Virus record (IMG/VR): IMGVR_UViG_3300037419_000815
DNA: 53,808 nucleotides
Source of the DNA: a virus
Reading direction: 5' to 3' (one strand)
The translations under genes were made by a program, and so were the position numbers. Positions 1-7,154 of the stretch are shown here, piece by piece. Each line of letters begins with the position of its first letter. Within the stretch, counting starts at the first letter, position 1. The notes beneath the pieces were generated by a model. It did no database searches. It saw only the letters and a list, made by a program, of their open reading frames with translations, and was not told the DNA's origin.

Positions 1-127
1 AAATGCATTGCGCCAACTCGACGCGACATAGATGCGGGCCATTTGTGTCTATCTCCTAAGTCGGAAGCCCATCCGCTACCCTCCCGCGTATGGCGGTGTC
101 CCTCGGATCGGAGGAGGAGATGGCGCG
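1..127. repeat. Terminal direct repeat, copy 1 (identical to 53682-53808); assembly overlap or circular junction
   Basis: Base-for-base identity by eye: 'aaatgcattgcgccaactcgacgcgac...ggaggaggagatggcgcg' occurs at both ends. Confidence 0.95.
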
Positions 128-132
128 CGCCA

Positions 133-336
133 TCATGCCGCCTCCCCGTGTCCGCCAGGCCTCGCCAGCACGGCAGGACGGGTCGATGTGTCGGCGTCGG
201 CGATCGCCTCGGCCTCGGTGGCGCCGAACCCAATGGGCTGTGTCTCGCCGCCGCTGTACGTGTCGTCGTCGACGGCGCTCCAGTCGCACGCGTTCGTGCC
301 AATTGGGGGCCGGTAGAAGCTGGTGACGATCCTCAT
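133..336 (-). CDS. hypothetical small protein (67 aa)
   Basis: Internal ATG of ORF 133..477. It lies 1 nt downstream of the stop of 338..616 (tight coupling). No motif recognised. Confidence 0.5.
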   Translation of the reverse strand: MRIVTSFYRPPIGTNACDWSAVDDDTYSGGETQPIGFGATEAEAIADADTSTRPAVLARPGGHGEAA

Positions 337-337
337 G

Positions 338-616
338 TCAGGCCGCCTTCCGCAGCATCGCTTCGTAGGCTTTCTGTGAGCGGTAGGCGCGGCGCTGGAG
401 GAAGCGCAGCGTGATGCGCCATGAGCGATCGGGCTTGCTCCGGTGCAGCATCTCGGCGGCGATCGGATCGATGTCAAAGTCGGCGATCATCCGCTCGGCG
501 TGCTGCCTGCAGGCGCGGCGGAACTGAGTGCGCTTGGCCTCTGCGCAGATCGGCGCGACCTCGGCGAACAGTTCCTCCGCTCGGCGAAGGGCGCGGCTGT
601 CGTAGCTGGCGTGCAT
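338..616 (-). CDS. hypothetical protein (92 aa)
   Basis: ORF track. Part of the co-oriented leftward gene string. No motif recognised. Confidence 0.55.
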   Translation of the reverse strand: MHASYDSRALRRAEELFAEVAPICAEAKRTQFRRACRQHAERMIADFDIDPIAAEMLHRSKPDRSWRITLRFLQRRAYRSQKAYEAMLRKAA

Positions 617-668
617 CAGTCATTCCTCGCTATCGCGCCGCCCGGATGCGGGGGCGGCCGGGTGGTGG

Positions 669-905
669 TCAAAACACGCGGATCTGGAAAGGCAGCCGAC
701 GAGTGACGCCATCGGCATCGGTGATCAGGCAGGTGTCGAAGGTGCCAGCCGCCAAACCAGCCCACGCTTCATGCACGTCGAAGCGGCCGATCACTTCGCC
801 ATCAGCATTGCGGAGCACCCGGCGGCCGGTGCGCACAGTGTTCTCGTCGCGCTCAGACGTGATGCCTTTGGCGGCGAGTGCTTCATGGAGCGTCGGTTCG
901 GTCAT
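669..905 (-). CDS. hypothetical protein (78 aa)
   Basis: ORF track. Member of the leftward operon. No motif recognised. Confidence 0.55.
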   Translation of the reverse strand: MTEPTLHEALAAKGITSERDENTVRTGRRVLRNADGEVIGRFDVHEAWAGLAAGTFDTCLITDADGVTRRLPFQIRVF

Positions 906-960
906 CGGGTCTCGTCCTCATCTCTCGCGCCGCCCGATCAGGCCGGCGTGGGCGGAAGGT

Positions 961-1191
961 TCAGGCGGCGGCGCGTTCGATGAAACGCATGGCGCGGTCA
1001 ATGCAGGCGCTGCGATGCTTCTCGGCGGCCTCTCGACTGGTAAAGCTGTTCTCATTGAACAGCGTCTCAGTGTCCGTTGCGGTGAGCCAGAACAGACCGC
1101 CGAACTCGTCGATCCGCATATTTGGAAAGCGTCCAGACTTGATCTCGATTAGCGCATATTGCTTGGCGGTCATTTCTGCCTCGCTGGGCAA
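961..1191 (-). CDS. hypothetical protein (76 aa; alternative start at 1173)
   Basis: ORF track. Member of the leftward operon. No motif recognised. Confidence 0.5.
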   Translation of the reverse strand: MPSEAEMTAKQYALIEIKSGRFPNMRIDEFGGLFWLTATDTETLFNENSFTSREAAEKHRSACIDRAMRFIERAAA

Positions 1192-1212
1192 TGCCCTGGG
1201 AAGGGTGGGTTT

Positions 1213-1467
1213 TCAGGCGGTTGCCTTGGTGGCGCGAGCGGCGGAAGCCTGCGCTTCCGGTCCAGCGCACGGCAGGCAATAGCGGTCATTCCCGAAGCCG
1301 CCGGCCTCATCGTTGCCTTCGCCCTCGACGTAGAAGTCGCCGGGCTGGATGATCGTTTTGCATCGGCCGCCGTTGTGCAGGCCATGCCAGTAATTGCAGC
1401 GGTGAGGCTTGCGAGCGCGGCGGATCGGAAATCCGTCTAGCCAACCTCCTTCGACTGTGCGTGCCAT
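1213..1467 (-). CDS. hypothetical Cys-rich protein (84 aa), first gene of the leftward early operon
   Basis: ORF track. 'gcgagg' Shine-Dalgarno before the ATG. Cys/His pattern 'HRCNYWH...GGRC...YCLPC'. Lies directly downstream of the PL-like promoter. Confidence 0.6.
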   Translation of the reverse strand: MARTVEGGWLDGFPIRRARKPHRCNYWHGLHNGGRCKTIIQPGDFYVEGEGNDEAGGFGNDRYCLPCAGPEAQASAARATKATA

Positions 1468-1525
1468 GGATGCCTCGCTATCCCGCCGGGGTCGGCCCGA
1501 GGTGGGCGGCGGGGATGAAGGAGAG

Positions 1526-1615
1526 TTTCCGATATGGAAATGATGATGTCAAGCGAAATTTCCAATTCGGAAATCGCTATTTCAGATTTGTGCGACGGCG
1601 GTTCGAAAATGGAAA
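1526..1615. promoter_or_regulatory. OL-like operator cluster plus leftward promoter
   Basis: Operators: TTTCCGATATGGAAA (1526-1540), TTTCCAATTCGGAAA (1559-1573), degenerate GTTCGAAAATGGAAA (1601-1615). A perfect TTGACA sits on the minus strand (1552-1547), 6 nt before the first operator. Confidence 0.6.
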
Positions 1616-1626
1616 TCAGGCGAAGG

Positions 1627-1950
1627 TTATGTCCCCGTCAGGGCCTTTAGGACTCTCAGAGCGTCCGCCATTTTTTCGGCCGGCAAGCTCTTGACGGCCT
1701 GGTGCAAAAGGTCGGCCGGCGTCGGTCGATCAGGATGCCGGAACATGTCGTCAAAGTCGATATCGAATGCGTCGGCTGCGGCCTGGATGTATCCCGGCGT
1801 CCACTCCATATGGCCGTTGATGAGCTTCGACAAAGTGCCGGGCGAAACGCTCATGCGCTCGGACAACCGCTCCTGAGTGATGCGCTCGTGAGCGATCCAC
1901 TCGCGGATGAAAACCTTGGGCGGAAGCCTTGGGCCGATCCTTTCCATCAT
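1627..1950 (-). CDS. HTH (XRE/CI-like) phage repressor, 107 aa, no peptidase domain
   Basis: Motif 'ITQERLSERMSVSPGTLSKLINGH' is a helix-turn-helix. Divergent from the cro-like gene. Start taken at the MMERIG methionine, which is covered by an operator. The ORF-track start at 2025 would swallow the operator region. Confidence 0.75.
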   Translation of the reverse strand: MMERIGPRLPPKVFIREWIAHERITQERLSERMSVSPGTLSKLINGHMEWTPGYIQAAADAFDIDFDDMFRHPDRPTPADLLHQAVKSLPAEKMADALRVLKALTGT

Positions 1951-2036
1951 GGAAACAGGATAGGCGACGCCAAATCCAGAGTCCCGACACGAACTGGAAA
2001 TCCGCGCTTGACACGAGGTTTCCAATATGGAAATCT
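1941..2036. promoter_or_regulatory. OR-like operator/promoter region between repressor and cro-like gene
   Basis: TTTCCATCATGGAAA (1941-1955) overlaps the repressor ATG. TTTCCAATATGGAAA at 2019-2033. GGAAA half-site at 1996-2000. Perfect TTGACA at 2008-2013 on the plus strand, 5 nt before an operator. Confidence 0.6.
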
Positions 2037-2042
2037 CTCGGC

Positions 2043-2255
2043 ATGTCGAACGCCCTTTCCCAATATCGCGAGAAGCACGGACTGACGCTGGCGCAGCTCG
2101 CCGAGCAGTTCGGCGTTCAGGCGCCAGCGCTGTACAAGTGGGAAACGAAGCGCGTTCCCGCAGAGCGCGTTCTTGATGTCGTGCGGCTGACCGGTATTCC
2201 AGCGCATGAATTGCGCCCGGACTTGTATCTTCCGGCGACGGAGGCCGCTCAATGA
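2043..2255 (+). CDS. Cro/YdaS-like HTH regulator (70 aa)
   Basis: Motif 'GLTLAQLAEQFGVQAPALYKWETKR...P'. Divergent from the repressor. No Shine-Dalgarno sequence, and the ATG lies 30 nt after the -35 end. Confidence 0.7.
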   Translation: MSNALSQYREKHGLTLAQLAEQFGVQAPALYKWETKRVPAERVLDVVRLTGIPAHELRPDLYLPATEAAQ

Positions 2256-2530
2256 GCAGCGCGCGCCTCCACTGTGATCGGGAACGATTTGCGGTTCTGA
2301 GCCGCCTCGAAGCCGATGCCGGCCATGATCTGGAAATCGGCTTCGCTCATCACGAGACGGGCCACAATAATCCGATCGACTTCGCCAAATTCTCCGGGTC
2401 GATCGCAATGAAGCGTCACCCGCACAAGTCCTCCCAAGTAAGTGACGCTTGTCACGCCGGTCACGAAGCGATCTGGAACAAGTACAGGCTCGATCGGAAC
2501 GCGCCGATCGGGAACGCAATCCCAAGGCAT
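2249..2530 (-). CDS. hypothetical protein (93 aa), paralogue of 2666..2911
   Basis: GGAGAGG Shine-Dalgarno 9 nt before the ATG. Protein-level similarity to the neighbour ('RIIVARLVMS' vs 'RRIVVRFVMS') with synonymous codon differences. Confidence 0.65.
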   Translation of the reverse strand: MPWDCVPDRRVPIEPVLVPDRFVTGVTSVTYLGGLVRVTLHCDRPGEFGEVDRIIVARLVMSEADFQIMAGIGFEAAQNRKSFPITVEARAAH

Positions 2531-2665
2531 GAAAGTTTTCCTCTCCTATCCGGTGCATCTCAACCGGAGTGGAACGGAACTTATGACGCTTCTGTGACCT
2601 CGGCACGCGATTTCTTCTCAGATTCCACAGGCGGCGAACCAATGGTTAACCAGCCATTTCCGCTA

Positions 2666-2911
2666 TCAATGGCCTTTTCTCTTGAGGGCGTTTCGCAGTT
2701 CCGTACAGAACGTGCGAGCCGCATCGCGGGACATGACGAAGCGCACCACGATGCGCCGTTCTTCGGTCTCCCCGCCGATGGCCGGCATCTCGGCCCAACC
2801 GACAAAGCGTGCGATCGGGCCAGAGAGCACGATGTCGACGCCACTGACGAAGATACACTGAATGGTGACTGGTTCCGTAAGGGGCGCCTTGTCTTCGCCA
2901 TCGGAGGCCAT
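2666..2911 (-). CDS. hypothetical protein (81 aa), paralogue of 2249..2530
   Basis: AGGAG Shine-Dalgarno 8 nt before the ATG. High third-position GC. Paralogy as above. Confidence 0.65.
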   Translation of the reverse strand: MASDGEDKAPLTEPVTIQCIFVSGVDIVLSGPIARFVGWAEMPAIGGETEERRIVVRFVMSRDAARTFCTELRNALKRKGH

Positions 2912-3127
2912 TCCTCATTCTCCTGTTCCGACTGCCAAGACCTTATCGGATGCCGTGTTTACGCAACGTGTTCACGTCGCGTCCGTTCCGCCGAAGCCAG
3001 CGCCCGCATGGCTGCCGCTGAGGCGCTGCTGCCGGGGCTGGCCGACCCGGAGCCCAGCAAATGGCCCTGATCGCTCTCGTTTTCCTGAACCTCGTCCTCA
3101 TCGCCATCCTGTTCGAGGCATCCAGCC

Positions 3128-3319
3128 ATGTCGTTTACTGGTGAGCTTACCAAGCTCCACGTCCGCCTCGATCGCCTGATCGGGCCGCATGCCTTCGACG
3201 AGCCGGCCATCCCGCAGCGCTCGCAGGGCGAGCTTTCCTGCGTCCTTTACGCCGCCCTGGTCGCCATTCTCGTCGTCGCAGTCCTCGCCATCGCCGCCAC
3301 GGGCATGTTGGTGGAGTAG
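3128..3319 (+). CDS. small tail-anchored membrane protein (63 aa)
   Basis: Very high third-position GC. C-terminal hydrophobic helix 'VLYAALVAILVVAVLAIAATGMLV'. Confidence 0.65.
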   Translation: MSFTGELTKLHVRLDRLIGPHAFDEPAIPQRSQGELSCVLYAALVAILVVAVLAIAATGMLVE

Positions 3320-3323
3320 CGCC

Positions 3324-3491
3324 ATGTTCTTCCGCTCACCTTTCTACGCCTTCGCCGCCATGGGCACTGGCGCGCTCGCCCTCCTCGATTGGGCGAGCTG
3401 GGAAATCGGCGCCGGCATCTTCTGGGCCATCTGCTCCATTTTCGCCGCCTTCATCGCTCGGTCTCTCTCGAAAGGATCGGCCAATGTTTGA
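3324..3491 (+). CDS. small 2-TM membrane protein (55 aa)
   Basis: Internal ATG of ORF 3189..3491, 5 nt after the previous stop. Two hydrophobic segments. Confidence 0.55.
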   Translation: MFFRSPFYAFAAMGTGALALLDWASWEIGAGIFWAICSIFAAFIARSLSKGSANV

Positions 3492-4107
3492 CGCTGATGC
3501 TTTGTCCATTTGGAAGAATAGCGGGAAACTACTATACAGAGAGGCTTTGACGCCTGATGCCATTCGCGCGGCTCTTTCATATTGCCACCTCTCCGGGAAG
3601 ATATTTTGGAAGGCTCGCCCCGATACGAGCCGAGAGAACCGCACATTTAATAAAAAATATTCTGGGAAGGAGGCTGGCACGGTTATGGAGACCGGCTATA
3701 GATGCCTCCGCATAAGACATGCATTCATTCGATCCAAGGTTTTTATATTTTCCGTGCATAGAGTGGCATGGGCTCATTATCATAATGCATGGCCTGTTCA
3801 CGAATTAGACCATATTAACCGCAACAAACTCGACAACCGTATCGCCAATCTCCGAGATATCCCGCACTCGGAGAATGTGTTCAACATCTCGATGCGCTCT
3901 GACAACACTTCTGGATTCAAGGGAGTTTGTTTCTACAAGAGAGACAAAACCTGGAAAGCTCAGATATGTTTCGGCGGTCGCGCTCGTCATCTTGGGTACT
4001 TTCCTACAAAAGAAGAGGCTGCTGCCGCTTACGACACGGCGAGTCTGCGGTTTCACGCCGAGCTTGGTGCTCCGAATTTCATCCTGGGGAACGCAAATGC
4101 GCGATGA
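3484..4107 (+). CDS. HNH (HNH_3-type) plus AP2-domain homing endonuclease
   Basis: Motifs 'HRVAWAHYHNAWPVHELDHINRNKLDNRIANLRD..HSEN' and the AP2-like 'SGFKGVCFYKRDKTWKAQICFGGRARHLGYFPTKEEAAAAYD'. The stretch is visibly AT-richer than its flanks. Confidence 0.8.
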   Translation: MFDADALSIWKNSGKLLYREALTPDAIRAALSYCHLSGKIFWKARPDTSRENRTFNKKYSGKEAGTVMETGYRCLRIRHAFIRSKVFIFSVHRVAWAHYHNAWPVHELDHINRNKLDNRIANLRDIPHSENVFNISMRSDNTSGFKGVCFYKRDKTWKAQICFGGRARHLGYFPTKEEAAAAYDTASLRFHAELGAPNFILGNANAR

Positions 4108-4360
4108 TGTTGTGGTCCAATATTCGCCCCGCTTCTCCAAGCCCGGCCGCCGGCCGCCTCGCCTCTCCGGCGAGGTCATCGCCAACCGCTCGGCCGTCGA
4201 GGTCGAGCGCATGTTCGACCGCGCCGCCTCCATCGACCCGGATGCCAGCGCCTACCGTGCCCAGCGCGATCTCGGATGGCTCGGCGTCCTCTGCTGCCTC
4301 GCATCGGCAGCCCTCGTCGTCGGCGCTGTCGTGGCCTTCCATCATTGGGTGATGCCGTGA
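4097..4360 (+). CDS. tail-anchored membrane protein (87 aa)
   Basis: Internal ATG overlapping the end of the HNH gene. C-terminal TM 'WLGVLCCLASAALVVGAVVAF'. Confidence 0.55.
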   Translation: MRDDVVVQYSPRFSKPGRRPPRLSGEVIANRSAVEVERMFDRAASIDPDASAYRAQRDLGWLGVLCCLASAALVVGAVVAFHHWVMP

Positions 4361-4710
4361 ACATCCTCGAATGTCCGTGCTGCGGCGCATCCGTCGAGCG
4401 GCCGTTCCTGATCTCGACGGAAATCCGCTCCGTCAAGACCGCGCACGGCGAAATCTCTTTGTCGAAGACGCAGATCGAAATCCTTGCCTCTGTCGCGAGC
4501 GCTTATCCGGAACTCCGTTCCGCCGAGACCATTCGCTACGACGCGTGGGACGATGGCGTTGGGCCGTCCAAGAGCACCTTCTACTACGCCATTGAGCGCA
4601 TTCGAGACAAAATCCGAACCATCGGCCTCGATCTCGATTGCGTCTACGGCGCCGGTTATCGCCTCGTCGTCGTCGACCTTCCCGCCTCCGTCGAGAAGGC
4701 CGCAGCATGA
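4357..4710 (+). CDS. winged-helix (OmpR/PhoB C-terminal-like) DNA-binding regulator (117 aa, GTG start)
   Basis: GTGA start/stop overlap with the upstream gene. 'LSKTQIEILASVASAYPELRSAETI..DAW...STFYYAIERIRDKI......GAGYRL' resembles the trans_reg_C fold. Confidence 0.55.
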   Translation: MNILECPCCGASVERPFLISTEIRSVKTAHGEISLSKTQIEILASVASAYPELRSAETIRYDAWDDGVGPSKSTFYYAIERIRDKIRTIGLDLDCVYGAGYRLVVVDLPASVEKAAA

Positions 4711-4762
4711 TCACCCTTCCCGCCAGCCTCCTCCCGTCGACCCACGTCAAGGCTGGCCACTT

Positions 4763-4940
4763 GGTGGGCGCATCCAACTCCCCCCGGATGCGCCCACCCT
4801 TCCAACCCGCTTCGGCTCGGGGCCTGAGCCGTCACGAGGTCAGCTTGACCGCTGACATTGGAGTGCGAACGCTCGCGTTCGGCTCCGTTTGCCTCCCTGG
4901 CAGGCCCGAGCCCCGCAACGGCTCGGGCCAAAAATTCCTG
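4763..4940 (+). other. hairpin-dense non-coding segment (candidate nut/put-like, terminator or ncRNA region)
   Basis: 13-bp perfect stem 4763-4775/4786-4798. Further stems near 4812-4830, 4839-4856 and 4866-4881. 10-bp stem 4903-4912/4920-4929 with outer extension 4899-4940. No convincing ORF between 4711 and 5107. Confidence 0.45.
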
Positions 4941-5107
4941 CCGCGCACGCTTCATGCTCGCCAAAGCCTTCCAGCATGCGTGGCCGATATGAACGAAGCC
5001 ATCCTCCTCCATGCCTGCGCTCCCGCTCCTTTCGATGAGCAGGAGAGCACGACATGGACAGCCCAATCATACCGCCGCCGCGTACAAATCAGCCAACAGA
5101 GGGCCGC

Positions 5108-5440
5108 ATGACCCTAGCCTATGAATTTGTGGAGAGAAGCCGGGGCTTTGTCCGCCTGCTTGAGCGCCGCCATGACGCTCCCGCTGTCGCGCGCAAGGTC
5201 AAGGTCGGGCTCGGCACATTGCAAAACTTGCGTCGCGGGCGCCTGAAGAGCATCCCTGTTGACGTTTACGAGCGGCTGAGAGCCGCCGTCACCAGGGAGC
5301 TGGAACATGAAATCAAGCGCCTCGAAGCCGAACTGGTCGTGGCTCGCCAAGGCGCTGTGGACCCTCGCTCGGACGAAGTTGGCGAGGTGGAGGCGCACCT
5401 CCAAGCAGCGCGGGAAGCGCTTGCGGGAGGCGCCCGATGA
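5108..5440 (+). CDS. hypothetical protein (110 aa)
   Basis: Internal ATG of ORF 5054..5440 with an upstream purine-rich stretch. ATGA coupling to the next gene. Confidence 0.55.
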   Translation: MTLAYEFVERSRGFVRLLERRHDAPAVARKVKVGLGTLQNLRRGRLKSIPVDVYERLRAAVTRELEHEIKRLEAELVVARQGAVDPRSDEVGEVEAHLQAAREALAGGAR

Positions 5441-5715
5441 CCGCCGAGCCGGGCGACGGCCTGATCCTCAGCCTCGTTCAGAGGATTGAGGCTCTCGAAG
5501 AGCAAATCAAGGATCTGAACTCCGACAAGTCCGAGGTCTACAAAGAGGCCAAGGGGCAAGGATTCGATATCGCGATCCTGAAGAAGTTGGTGGCCGAGCG
5601 CCGCCGGCCTGCGGACGAGCGCGCCGAAGAGGGCGCGATCCTGGAGATCTACCGGGCAGCTGTCGCTAGGGCCGAAAGTGAGCCTCGTGCACGCGCACAC
5701 GTGAGGGCCGCCTGA
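5437..5715 (+). CDS. gapR: GapR-like DNA-binding protein (DUF2312/UPF0335 family)
   Basis: 'EVYKEAKGQGFDIAILKKLVAERRRPADERAEEGAILEIY' matches the conserved core of Caulobacter GapR, as recalled from memory. Confidence 0.8.
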   Translation: MTAEPGDGLILSLVQRIEALEEQIKDLNSDKSEVYKEAKGQGFDIAILKKLVAERRRPADERAEEGAILEIYRAAVARAESEPRARAHVRAA

Positions 5716-5897
5716 TGTTCGCCCGCGCTCCCAAACATACCGTCGAATCCCTGAAAGCCATCATCGCCAGCCTCGAAGCCCGCGGCAAGAACGCTGAGAC
5801 GTGGCGGGTGAAGCTCCGCGAGCTGCGCAACGCCGAACTGGTAGCCGGGCTCAAGGCCGCGAAGCTCCGCGCGAGAGTGAAGGAAACGGCGGCCTGA
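5715..5897 (+). CDS. hypothetical protein (60 aa)
   Basis: TGATG start/stop overlap. Helical, Lys/Arg-rich. Confidence 0.5.
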   Translation: MFARAPKHTVESLKAIIASLEARGKNAETWRVKLRELRNAELVAGLKAAKLRARVKETAA

Positions 5898-5980
5898 TCC
5901 GCCAGCGTTGCCAGCCTCACCGCCCGGCTGGCGCACCACACGCATCACCGGGCGGCTCACTGAGGTCAACAGAGGCGAAT

Positions 5981-6499
5981 ATGTCTCAGCCCAAATCGAA
6001 TGTCACCCCTATCAGCCGCGATGTCCAACTCTACGTCGAGTTGCGCAATCGGCTGATCTCCGAGCATCCCGATCTCGATGAGACGACGCTCGCCGATACG
6101 CTTGAGGGTGAGACTGACCTGCAGGAGCGCATCGTCCGCATCTGCCGCGCCGCCCGCGAGGCGGAGTGCCAGGCTGATGTCGTGTCGCTCATGGCGTCAG
6201 ATCTCGCCGCCCGCAAGAAGCGGCACGAGGATCGGGCGCAGCGGCTCCGCGACATCGCGCTCTGGGCCATGGAGGAAAGCGGCATCCCGAAGATCGCCGC
6301 ACCGGACATGACCATCGGCATCGCGAAGGGCCGCGTCTCCGTCAAGGTGACGGATCCCTACGCCATCCCGCCGCATCTGTGCGCCTTCGATCCGAGACCG
6401 GACAAGGCGGCCATCAAGACCGCGCTGGAGGCCGGCGAGGACGTGCCAGGAGCGGTTCTGTCGAACAGCGGCCCTTCCCTCTCGTTGAGGACGAAATGA
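5981..6499 (+). CDS. Siphovirus Gp157-like protein (recombination-associated)
   Basis: 'TLADTLEGETDLQERI...' then 'KIAAPDMTIGIAKGRVSVKVTDPYAIPPHLC' follows the typical Gp157 layout. Lies immediately upstream of ERF. Confidence 0.65.
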   Translation: MSQPKSNVTPISRDVQLYVELRNRLISEHPDLDETTLADTLEGETDLQERIVRICRAAREAECQADVVSLMASDLAARKKRHEDRAQRLRDIALWAMEESGIPKIAAPDMTIGIAKGRVSVKVTDPYAIPPHLCAFDPRPDKAAIKTALEAGEDVPGAVLSNSGPSLSLRTK

Positions 6500-7152
6500 C
6501 CATGCGCACCTCTGAGCAAATCAACGAACTCGCCGGCGCGCTGGCGAAGGCGCAGGGAGCTCTCGACGACGCCGAGAAGGCTGCGACCAATCCACATTTT
6601 CGCAGCCGTTACGCGGACCTTGCGGCCGTCCGTGACGCCATTCGCGTTCCGCTGAGCAGCAATGGCCTGTCCTACGTTCAGATGGCGCGCGGCGATACTG
6701 GCGCCGTCGAGGTCGAGACGATGCTCATGCATTCGTCAGGCCAGTTCATCGCCGACACGCTTCGACTGCCGGTCCTGCAGAACACGCCGCAGGCTTTCGG
6801 TTCAGCCCTCACGTATGCACGCCGGTACTCGCTCATGGCGATGGTCGGCATTGCCGCCAGCGAGGACGATGACGACGGCAACAAGGCGACCGAGCGCGCT
6901 CCGATGGGGCCGCCCGTCGTCGTCTCCACCGGCAGGCCAGATGCAGCCAAAGAGCCTGCGGTTTCGTCCAAGGCTATCGGCATGGCCCGCGAGGTCAAAG
7001 ACCTGAAGAGCATCGCCGACATCGAGGCGTTCAAGAAGACCGGCGAGTTCCAATCCTTTTGGCACGAGGCGAACGCCGTCGATCGTAAGCACGTCGTCGG
7101 CGCCGTCGAGCGCAAAAAGGCGCAGTTCGCGCCTGCGGAGGCTGCTGAGTAA
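6496..7152 (+). CDS. erf: ERF-family single-strand annealing recombinase
   Basis: 'ALAKAQGALDDAEKAATNPHFRSRYADLAAV' and 'GSALTYARRYSLMAMVGIA' are hallmark ERF motifs. ATGA overlap with the upstream gene. Confidence 0.85.
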   Translation: MTMRTSEQINELAGALAKAQGALDDAEKAATNPHFRSRYADLAAVRDAIRVPLSSNGLSYVQMARGDTGAVEVETMLMHSSGQFIADTLRLPVLQNTPQAFGSALTYARRYSLMAMVGIAASEDDDDGNKATERAPMGPPVVVSTGRPDAAKEPAVSSKAIGMAREVKDLKSIADIEAFKKTGEFQSFWHEANAVDRKHVVGAVERKKAQFAPAEAAE

Positions 7153-7154
7153 CC

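Noticed and set aside
56-477. Multiple overlapping ORFs in both strands at the window start (32..316, 43..414, 56..289, 90..326)
   Set aside because: They have mutually exclusive frames with Arg-rich low-complexity products. Part of the region duplicates the other end of the circular contig. Only 133..336 on the minus strand fits the operon structure.
2252-3070. 272-aa plus-strand ORF that is ATGA-coupled to the cro-like gene
   Set aside because: It spans two minus-strand ORFs that have Shine-Dalgarno sequences and are paralogous at protein level, with synonymous DNA differences (7/11 identical residues in the best block, versus 4/11 in the plus frame). The product is His/Asp/Ser-rich with no motif. 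I treat it as an antisense shadow ORF, although the ATGA coupling and its fair third-position GC leave some doubt.
4638-5111. 157-aa plus-strand ORF and overlapping minus-strand ORFs (4656..5066, 4840..5070) in the 400-bp spacer
   Set aside because: The translations are Arg/Pro/Ser-rich with no Shine-Dalgarno sequence, and the frames run straight through strong hairpins. I treat the region as non-coding and structured.
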